The notes under the pieces are model-generated. The model did no database searches. It was given only the letters and a program-made list of their open reading frames with translations, and was not told the origin of the DNA. Below are positions 37,749-45,588 of a stretch of DNA of 64,000 nt, one piece after another. Position 1 is the first letter of the stretch. Each line of letters begins with the position of its first letter. This stretch comes from Candidatus Brocadiia bacterium (GTDB lineage: Bacteria; Planctomycetota; PUPC01), in assembly GCA_030605345.1 (NCBI GenBank), contig JAUWIN010000002.1, positions 1,672-65,671 on the forward strand. Reading direction: 5' to 3'. Both the position numbers and the translations under genes were made by a program.

Positions 37749-39620
37749 TCAATCTCCCGGGGACCCTAGTACCTGGCAGGTTAGATCGAGCGATTCGTCG
37801 GGCGACCCTGCCTGTCGCCGACCGTCGGTCCGCGACGGTTCAAAGCTCACGTTCGTGAAAAACGGGGAGTTCTCTATCGAGGCTATGAGCTGGCGCTTGA
37901 GGCGAACGGCACTGGCGGTGGGCACTGAGTAGATCTCCACGTTGAGCCGCATCTTACGGGGGCCGTCGGCTTTGACAAACGAGAGCGACCTGAGGTAGGT
38001 GCCTTCGGGCATGATGTTACTGAGTTCGTTGAGTATAGCCGCGTGGATGGGGTTCCCGGCGCCGAGAGACCTGAGAATCCCCCTCCGCCTGGCCAGCTCT
38101 CGCTGGTATTTCTGTGCCGCAGCAATTTTGTCTGCCGCCCGTTCCATCGGTGTGGCGGTCTGCCGCTTCAGGAGCAGGACATGCTCGAGCTCTGAGTTCT
38201 CCTTCTTGGCGGTGAGGGAAAGGGCGATCAATGTGAAAATGCTGGCGGCGGTCGCCACCAGCGAGGCGGTGCGTATCGCCAGGACGATTCGCCTGGACTT
38301 GATCCGCGCCGGCAGGAGATTGACCTTTGAACTGTTGTGTATTGCGGCGCCGGTGGCAACGGCGAACAGGGCCGGGTCCGATTTGATACCGGGAGCGACC
38401 TCGAACCCCAGCATCCGCCAGGGGTCGAGCGGGGCGGTAGGGATTCGCATTTGGCCGGTGAGATACTCCGCCAGTCCGCCCAGCGTGGCGCTCCCCCCGC
38501 AGATGAAGAGGCTTTCGACCCTGGCGAGGCCGTGACTCTGGGCGCAAAATTGAAGTGACCGGACGACCTCCGAAGCCATCCGTTCGAGAACCGGCCGGAT
38601 GGCGCCCAGAATCCTGTTGGCCGGCAGGGTTATCCCGCTGACTTCAACCGAGCCGGTCTGGCCGATGGTATATCTCCTCTTGACCTCGTCGGCTGCCCGA
38701 CGGCTGACCTCCACGGTGTCGTTACCGAAAGATATTTTCCCCGACAGGGCCGCGGTAACAGTGTCGCCGCCCACGGGTATCTGGCGGGTGAACTCCAGGC
38801 CGTGCTCGCCGACGACTGAGAGGTTTGACGACGCGGTGCCGATGTCGAGCACGGCGACTGGCCCCCGCTCCTGGGCGTGATAGGCGGCCATCACAATGTT
38901 TTCGGCCGCGATGGGCCCGGAGACCACAACCGAAAGCCTCGGCCGGTCCGCGGGGAACAGGACATCCATCCTGCCGATGTCCTGGGGCACTGCGGCGACA
39001 ACCACGTCCACGCTATCCGACTTCCTCTCTGCATTCAGGACGTAATGCCCGACGGCCGCACGTTCTACATCGACCGAGCCAGCGTCGGCTACCTTCCACC
39101 GCACGGCCCGTGCGAGGTCTTTTTCGCTCATTTTCGGCATCGAACAACAGACCGTTGCCACTCCGTCGCCAGACATGGCGCAGCAGGCGGCTCGGGGGCG
39201 CGGCTTTGCTCCGGCCACAAATTTTTTGACAGATTTAGAAACCACCTCGAAGCGGTCAGGGTCGGACTTGGGCGGCAGTTCTGTGACCTCGGCGCCTACC
39301 AGTCGGATTCCGCTGCCGCTCGTCTGGAGATGGACAAGTTTCAGCGTCCGCTCCCCCACGTCCACCCCAATGACAGACCGGCCGCCGTGGATGGACGCAT
39401 TGCTCAACTCGCTGTGTGGCTCATTTACCTCCGTGGCGCCGGGTGAACGCTGGCCGTCGAGACGAAGAGCGGGCTCTGCGCCTCCGGCGGACGGGTCCGC
39501 CGTCTCGCGGACCGCGGCGTTTTCTTTAACCGTACGGAGCATGGCTTCGGGAGTCTGCTGTTGCTTGGCCCCGTTCAGGATGTGAGTTTTGTTCTCGGTT
39601 TCGTCGCTCAAACTGGTCAC
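37749..39620 (-). CDS. pilM: PilM-PilN fusion protein (actin-like ATPase PilM fused to PilN TM/periplasmic domain), N-terminal ~100-aa extension
   Basis: Central ASKHA/actin-like PilM region (IGVDVGERTLKLVHL...), then TM segment IKSRRIVLAIRTASLVATAASIFTLIAL and PilN-like C-terminus. Confidence 0.65.
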   Translation of the reverse strand: MTSLSDETENKTHILNGAKQQQTPEAMLRTVKENAAVRETADPSAGGAEPALRLDGQRSPGATEVNEPHSELSNASIHGGRSVIGVDVGERTLKLVHLQTSGSGIRLVGAEVTELPPKSDPDRFEVVSKSVKKFVAGAKPRPRAACCAMSGDGVATVCCSMPKMSEKDLARAVRWKVADAGSVDVERAAVGHYVLNAERKSDSVDVVVAAVPQDIGRMDVLFPADRPRLSVVVSGPIAAENIVMAAYHAQERGPVAVLDIGTASSNLSVVGEHGLEFTRQIPVGGDTVTAALSGKISFGNDTVEVSRRAADEVKRRYTIGQTGSVEVSGITLPANRILGAIRPVLERMASEVVRSLQFCAQSHGLARVESLFICGGSATLGGLAEYLTGQMRIPTAPLDPWRMLGFEVAPGIKSDPALFAVATGAAIHNSSKVNLLPARIKSRRIVLAIRTASLVATAASIFTLIALSLTAKKENSELEHVLLLKRQTATPMERAADKIAAAQKYQRELARRRGILRSLGAGNPIHAAILNELSNIMPEGTYLRSLSFVKADGPRKMRLNVEIYSVPTASAVRLKRQLIASIENSPFFTNVSFEPSRTDGRRQAGSPDESLDLTCQVLGSPGD

Positions 39621-39856
39621 CTGGTTTCGGCCGGATGGGCTGCGGTCGGGCTATGAGAACCGATGAACAATGTGTCCCTGGCGGCCCGAACCAGCTGCCA
39701 TTCCAGCACTGGGCGCATGCATGTCTCGTCCTCCGGGTGAAGTATCGGCACCGGCGAATGGGGTATTAGTCTTTTTTGGGCTTAGGCGGACGACGGCCGA
39801 TACGCTAATTTGGTGCGAGGCCGGGGCTTACGTGCCTGAGCTGGGCTGGTTCTGTG

Positions 39857-41644
39857 TCATCTGGCTTCTATGGGCTCCAAGGCTCTGTTGATGCGCCGTT
39901 TGAGGCCCTCGGACGGCGAGCAGTTCTCCAGACAGAACCTCAATTGCCGCCGCGCCTCCTGCAATTTCCCGGCCTCTCGGCACGCCTCCGCAAGCCAGCC
40001 GCGCCAGCGCGCCGAATACTTCTCAAGGGCGCAAGCCCGACGCAGGCGGTCCAGTCCGATATTATCTTCCCCGCAATTGGGCGCCCGTTCCGTGCTTTTA
40101 TGCAGCAGCCAGCCGAGGTAAGCATGGTATTTCGCCGTGCGGGGGCTGAGGCGAACCGCCCGGCGATAGGACCCAGCCGCCGCTTCCGGGGCCAGGGCCT
40201 CTTGCATCCGGCCGAGGTAGCACCAGTAATTGGCCGATAATGGACAGATTTTGACGGCCAGTGGCGCATTGAAGAGAGTCGTTTGGAGGAGCCGCTGAGC
40301 GGCGAGCGGCCTGCCGGCAAAAACCGCCGCTGCCGTGCCCGCTGCGAGAACGACAGTTGAGAAAAAACGCCGCAGGCCCGCGGCACCGGGCGCCAAGACC
40401 ACCCGGCCGGCCCCCGCCAGCCGGGAGTGTGCCGCGGCGATAATTGCCAGGCAAAGGAAAATCAGAAGCGCAGTCGCCGGAACATACAAATTAAAATCAA
40501 CCAGGCTATGCAGCAACGCAGCGCCAGCCCCGGCACAACACCCCGCCACCAACGCGCCGTCGGCGGTGTCGCCTGCTTCACCAAGCACCTGGCGCGCCAT
40601 TCGACCAACTCTCCATAGCAACCACGACAGCGCCAGAAGACCCAGAGGCCCCAGTTCCACCAGAATCTGAAGGTAATCGTTGTGAGCAAACCACTGCCGC
40701 GTTCCCGCCAGCGACGCATGCTGGTGCGCCGCATAATCGATGTGGTAGGTGTCCAAGCCGATCCCGAGCGGCCAGCCCTCCGCCGCCATCTCTAAACCGC
40801 TGCCCCAGTACCAGGTCCTTTCCACGAACGTCGCAGCCGTATAAGGTTGCGCCACGGAGGCCAGGCGCTCACGAAGTCCCTCCGATAAGCTGACCACGGC
40901 AACCACCGCGGCCAGCCCGACGGCAGCGGCCGGCCAAACCTTCAGCCTGAGCAGCTTCAACCGCCTGAGCTGCCAGGCCAGAAACCGCATCCCCGCCGCA
41001 CCCGCCAGCCAGCCACCGCGCGACTGTGAAAGAATAAGTGCCTCGAAAAGGAAAACCGCCGAGAGCCACAGCGCTACGCGGTATAGCCCCCTGCCAGCTG
41101 TCGCGGCAAGGGACACGGTCAGCGGAATGGCTATAATCAGGAACCCTGCAAAGGTGTTGGGCGTGACAAAGACCGAGTGCGCCCGCGCTCCCACGGCAGT
41201 AGGGAACAGGCCGCTTCGGGTTGACGCCTGCCACAGCCCCAGCCCGCTCAGCGCACACGCCAGGATAACTACCGCCGTGCACAGAATGCGCGCCTGCCGG
41301 GCGCTGCGAAACTCATGCAGGACGAGCAGAAAGACCACCGTGCACGCGAAAATGCGCGCCACACCGGTCAGCGAAACGAAGCGGTCGATGGACCAAAGCA
41401 CAGACGCGGCGGCGACGGCGAGAAATAAAATCAGCGGCAACACCGCCGGCGAACGCACGGCGACCGTCGGGGACGACGGGTCAAGGAGCCGCCGCAGAAG
41501 TACCGTACCCAGGATGACGGCGGTTACCGTGACTGCGGTCAGGGGGAGAAGGTCGCGTCCGGCGCCCTCGTCGAACGGCGCCATGAACAGAACAAACAAC
41601 AGGCCAACGAACAACAGACGGGCGCGATAATTGCTGGCGGACAT
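39857..41644 (-). CDS. O-antigen ligase-like (Wzy_C) polytopic membrane protein with C-terminal TPR region; candidate pilin O-oligosaccharyltransferase
   Basis: ~12 predicted TM helices with a large periplasmic loop typical of Wzy_C/PglL/TfpO proteins, followed by TPR-like helical repeats; directly downstream of the pilin gene. Confidence 0.55.
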   Translation of the reverse strand: MSASNYRARLLFVGLLFVLFMAPFDEGAGRDLLPLTAVTVTAVILGTVLLRRLLDPSSPTVAVRSPAVLPLILFLAVAAASVLWSIDRFVSLTGVARIFACTVVFLLVLHEFRSARQARILCTAVVILACALSGLGLWQASTRSGLFPTAVGARAHSVFVTPNTFAGFLIIAIPLTVSLAATAGRGLYRVALWLSAVFLFEALILSQSRGGWLAGAAGMRFLAWQLRRLKLLRLKVWPAAAVGLAAVVAVVSLSEGLRERLASVAQPYTAATFVERTWYWGSGLEMAAEGWPLGIGLDTYHIDYAAHQHASLAGTRQWFAHNDYLQILVELGPLGLLALSWLLWRVGRMARQVLGEAGDTADGALVAGCCAGAGAALLHSLVDFNLYVPATALLIFLCLAIIAAAHSRLAGAGRVVLAPGAAGLRRFFSTVVLAAGTAAAVFAGRPLAAQRLLQTTLFNAPLAVKICPLSANYWCYLGRMQEALAPEAAAGSYRRAVRLSPRTAKYHAYLGWLLHKSTERAPNCGEDNIGLDRLRRACALEKYSARWRGWLAEACREAGKLQEARRQLRFCLENCSPSEGLKRRINRALEPIEAR

Positions 41645-41731
41645 TTATTCTCTGCCAGCCGCAATGAAAAACGGAGAAGCCCGGCGGAAAAGAGCCTCGG
41701 GGGTGCGCCGGACTGTGTGCGACGGGAGCGA

Positions 41732-42070
41732 CTATTCACCATGTACGGAGCAGGTGACTTTGCCCGTGGTCGAGTTGTAGGTGTAGGTGCCGCCGGCCGG
41801 GCAACTCGGCACGCTGCCGTCGGCGTAGAGGTTGGTATCCGTGTAGGTGGTCGGGTAGGACGGCGTCTCGCCGGCAGCGGCGGTCGAGGCGTAGTAAAGC
41901 GAACAGGCAGAGGCAATTGCGCCCCGGTTGGCCTTGCAGGCCGCCTCCTCGGCCTTGTCACTCAGGTCGACATACTTCGGGATTGCGACCGCGGCAAGGA
42001 TGCCGAGAATAACAAGGACCACCACCAGCTCGATCAACGTAAAGCCGCTCCGTCTCTTCGCCAAGATCAT
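41732..42070 (-). CDS. pilA: Type IV pilin (prepilin with class III leader)
   Basis: MILAKRRSG|FTLIELVVVLVILGILAAVAIPKY prepilin cleavage/methylation motif; two C-terminal Cys pairs; ATG at 42070 preceded by AAGGAGGGG RBS. Confidence 0.8.
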   Translation of the reverse strand: MILAKRRSGFTLIELVVVLVILGILAAVAIPKYVDLSDKAEEAACKANRGAIASACSLYYASTAAAGETPSYPTTYTDTNLYADGSVPSCPAGGTYTYNSTTGKVTCSVHGE

Positions 42071-42204
42071 TATTCCCCTCCTTGCTGACTGTAAATCCAA
42101 TTCAGGCACACTATAACACTACTCTTTATTATCGACATGACAGCGGGAAACTTTAGCACAAATTTACCGGCCTGTGGGACCGGCGGGGACGTTGCCACAA
42201 TCAA

Positions 42205-43413
42205 TCACTGCCCCATGACCTGCATCATGTCCCACATGGGCAGGAACACGGCCAGCGCCATGAACAGCAGGCCAGCCCCAAGAACAAGTGTGATGAGCGG
42301 CTCCACCGCCTGGGTCAGTTGCTCGATGGCGGCTTTTGTTTCCCGGTCATAATGGTCGCCCACCGCTTCCATCATTTCGGACATCGCCCCGGTCTTCTCG
42401 CCCACGGCAAACATGTGCTTGACCAGCGGCGGGAATTCGGTCCCTTTTTCCAGCGCACCTGCGAGGTTGCTGCCCTCCTGAACCGCCCCCCGGACGGCGG
42501 TGACCTGCTGAGCAATCCGCCGGTTGCCGACCGTCCGCGCAATGACCTCCAGTTCCTTCAGAATAGGAAGGCCGCTGTCGCTGAGAGTGCCGAACATGTG
42601 CGCGAGCCGCGCCATGGTCCCCTTGGTTATGATTGACCCAATCAGGGGGGCCTTCAACAGGAACGCGTCCAGCTTCAGCCGCCCACTGGGTGTCCGGAGG
42701 TACAGGATGACGCCGGTAACCGCCGCGGCCACCGCCACTAAGGCGACGTGCCAGTAATCCTGGCGAACAGTGTTTATGCCCACCAGGACTCTGGTGGGCA
42801 GCGGCAGGTCCTCCCCGAACCGCGCGAACAGTTTGGAAAATGTGGGTATCACAAAAGTAACAATCACAAAAAACGCAGCAACCATCGCACCCACAACTGT
42901 GAGCGGATACCTCAAGGCTGATTTCATCATCCGCCGCGTCTCCATCTCGTTCTCCAGCAGGAACACCAGGCGGTTCATCACCTGGTCTAACACCCCGCCT
43001 GTCTCTCCGGCCAGGACCGTCGAGACGTAAACCTCGGAAAAGACCTTCGGGTGCTTGGAGAGCGCCTTTGACAGCGTGGCGCCGGCCTCCACGTCCGTCC
43101 GGATCTCGGAGACGACCCGCTTGAGGGCGGGATTGCTGGTCTGCGCCTTGATGGCATCAAGGCTGGACAGAAACGGCAGCCCGGCCTTATACAAGGTGAG
43201 CAACTGCCGGGTGAACATGATAACGTCGGTGGTCTTGATACGCTCGAATACAGCTCCGGCCGAGTCGGGTGCGCCGGACTCTTCGCGAATGTCGATCGGG
43301 ATGAGGTCCATGGCCCCGAGGCGCTTGGCCACGGCGACGGACGAATCTGCCTCTACACTCTCTCTGACCAGTTCCCCCGACGGCTTCCGCGCCCTATACT
43401 TGAAATGCGGCAT
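42205..43413 (-). CDS. pilC: Type IV pilus platform protein PilC (GspF family)
   Basis: 402 aa, duplicated T2SSF domains with 3 TM helices. Confidence 0.8.
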   Translation of the reverse strand: MPHFKYRARKPSGELVRESVEADSSVAVAKRLGAMDLIPIDIREESGAPDSAGAVFERIKTTDVIMFTRQLLTLYKAGLPFLSSLDAIKAQTSNPALKRVVSEIRTDVEAGATLSKALSKHPKVFSEVYVSTVLAGETGGVLDQVMNRLVFLLENEMETRRMMKSALRYPLTVVGAMVAAFFVIVTFVIPTFSKLFARFGEDLPLPTRVLVGINTVRQDYWHVALVAVAAAVTGVILYLRTPSGRLKLDAFLLKAPLIGSIITKGTMARLAHMFGTLSDSGLPILKELEVIARTVGNRRIAQQVTAVRGAVQEGSNLAGALEKGTEFPPLVKHMFAVGEKTGAMSEMMEAVGDHYDRETKAAIEQLTQAVEPLITLVLGAGLLFMALAVFLPMWDMMQVMGQ

Positions 43414-43429
43414 GGCCGCTGCCCCGAGC

Positions 43430-45136
43430 TCAGTCTGCCTGCGTTACCCTTGTCAGCTCTTCCAGCGTGGTCAGACCGTTCACCACTTTTTCTATGCCGT
43501 CCTGCCGCAAGGTGCGGAGCCCCGCTTCACCGGCCAGCGCCTTCAGCTCCCCCGCACTCAGCCTGCCGAGCATCGCTTCGCGCATGTCTTCACTGACCGC
43601 CATTAGTTCGAAGATACCAACCCGACCGTGATACCCCGTCTGGTTGCAGGCGGGGCACCCTCGGCCCCTGTAAAACGTGATTTCGTCCTTCCTCTCGGCC
43701 AGGCCGGCCTGTTGCAGCAGCCCGCTGGGCGGATCGTAGGGCTCCTTGCACCTGTCACAAACCACCCGGACTAACCGCTGGGCCATCACACCTGCCAACG
43801 AGGCCGAGACCAGGAACGGCTCGATGCCCATGTCGATCATCCGGCTGATGGCGCCGGGCGCGTCGTTCGTATGCAGGGTTGAAAAGACCAGGTGACCTGT
43901 GAGTGAGGCGTGGACAGCGGTCCGCGCCGTCTCGGCATCCCGGATCTCGCCGACCATCACCACGTCGGGGTCGTGACGCAGGATGGCGCGCAGCCCGCTG
44001 GCAAACGTCAGGCCCGCCCGCCGGTTGACCTGTATCTGCCGGATGGAATCGAGCCAGAACTCGACCGGGTCTTCAACCGTGATGATGTGCTTCTCGTTGG
44101 AGTTGATGGCGCGCAGGGCGGCGTAAAGGGACACCGTCTTGCCGGAGCCGGTCGGGCCGGTCACCAAGATGATGCCGTGCGGCCGGCGGATGAGGCGGTG
44201 GAACGTGTCGGCATCGTGCTCGCCCAGCCCCAGCTCGGTCAGATCCCGCAGGATTGTCCGGCAGTCGAGAACGCGCATCACCACGTTCTCGCCGCGGACG
44301 GTGGGTATGATTGAAACCCGGATATCCACCAGCCGCCCCTCCACGCGGAGCCTGAACCGGCCATCCTGTGGGTTTCGGCTCTCGGAGATGTCCATCTCGG
44401 ACAGCACCTTGATTCGTGCCACGATGCCCTGATGGTAAGACTTGGGCGGCGCCGGCACATCGTGCAGCATTCCGTCGATCCTGAACCGGATGCGCAGCCG
44501 GGCCTCCTCAGGCGAGATGTGGATGTCGCTGGCCCCTTCCTGGACCGCCTGGAGGACGATGGTGTTGACCAGCCTGATAATGGGCGCCCGGTCAACAGTG
44601 GTCAGCGACTCCGAAGCGCTCGGCTCGGCGTCCATCGGGACGGGCGAGACGACCTCCTCGGGATTGAGGTCCTCCAGCACCTGGCGCATCGAGCCTGACT
44701 GGCCGTAATGCTGGTCAAGCGCCGCGCGCACGCCGGAGCGGCTGCTGACCATGCAATCGACCTCCATCCCTGACTCACGTCGGATGGCGTCGGTCACCAT
44801 TACGTTTGCCGGGTCCACCATGGCGATGGTCAGGGTGCTGCCGAGCTTGAAGAGCGGGACGAATTCGTAGGTGCGGGCGAGGGTCTCGCTCACCGACGCG
44901 ATTACCTGGTCGTCCACCGTGTAGGTCTCGAGGTCGATATAAGGCAGGTCGAGGAACTCGGCATAACAGAGCGCCACGTCGCGTTCGGAAACCAGGCGGA
45001 GGCGGGTGAGGGTCTCTCGAAGAGACTCGTCTCGGAGTTGCGCCTCCTGCAGCGCTTCGTCCATTTGTTCGGGCGTCGCAAGACCGTGCTCGATAATGAT
45101 TGCCTGGAGCGACCGCTTCCCGGTCTGCTGTGTCAT
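43430..45136 (-). CDS. pilB: Type IV pilus assembly ATPase PilB (GspE family)
   Basis: N-terminal T2SE_N domain, Walker A LVTGPTGSGKT, Asp/His boxes, tetracysteine CDRC...CPAC motif. Confidence 0.85.
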   Translation of the reverse strand: MTQQTGKRSLQAIIIEHGLATPEQMDEALQEAQLRDESLRETLTRLRLVSERDVALCYAEFLDLPYIDLETYTVDDQVIASVSETLARTYEFVPLFKLGSTLTIAMVDPANVMVTDAIRRESGMEVDCMVSSRSGVRAALDQHYGQSGSMRQVLEDLNPEEVVSPVPMDAEPSASESLTTVDRAPIIRLVNTIVLQAVQEGASDIHISPEEARLRIRFRIDGMLHDVPAPPKSYHQGIVARIKVLSEMDISESRNPQDGRFRLRVEGRLVDIRVSIIPTVRGENVVMRVLDCRTILRDLTELGLGEHDADTFHRLIRRPHGIILVTGPTGSGKTVSLYAALRAINSNEKHIITVEDPVEFWLDSIRQIQVNRRAGLTFASGLRAILRHDPDVVMVGEIRDAETARTAVHASLTGHLVFSTLHTNDAPGAISRMIDMGIEPFLVSASLAGVMAQRLVRVVCDRCKEPYDPPSGLLQQAGLAERKDEITFYRGRGCPACNQTGYHGRVGIFELMAVSEDMREAMLGRLSAGELKALAGEAGLRTLRQDGIEKVVNGLTTLEELTRVTQAD

Positions 45137-45555
45137 GATAATTCAGCCCCTCCGTTTTTCGGTGCCGACTGGTTCGGGCCGGCAGCGGCCGCTTCAAGAA
45201 AGCCTCTTATCTTCTCCAGCAGGGCGTCGCTGTCGAACGGCTTGGTCATGTAGCATTCTGCTCCGGTCTCGCGGCCGAGGGTGATGTCCTCCTGTTGGCT
45301 GCGGGCGCTCAAAATGATGATGGGTATCTGCTTGTAGCGCTGGTCGAACTTCAGCAGGCGGCAGACCTTGAAGCCATCCATCTTCGGCAGCATCAAGTCT
45401 AGTACGATGAGGTCAGGGTTTTCGGTTTGCGCCCGCCGCAGTCCCTCCACGCCGTCCTCGGCGCAGATCGCCTCGTAGCCGGCAGCCGTCAGCCTGCGGC
45501 CGAGTCCGAACGCAATGTCCTCTTCGTCGTCCACGATGAGAATTTTCTTTGCCAT
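45133..45555 (-). CDS. Stand-alone response-regulator receiver (CheY-like)
   Basis: ILIVDDEEDIA...DLIVLDLMLPKMDG...ILSARS receiver motifs, 140 aa, no output domain. Confidence 0.75.
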   Translation of the reverse strand: MAKKILIVDDEEDIAFGLGRRLTAAGYEAICAEDGVEGLRRAQTENPDLIVLDLMLPKMDGFKVCRLLKFDQRYKQIPIIILSARSQQEDITLGRETGAECYMTKPFDSDALLEKIRGFLEAAAAGPNQSAPKNGGAELS

Positions 45556-45588
45556 TCTTCCGCCCTTTCGACGCCGGAAAGACCTGTC

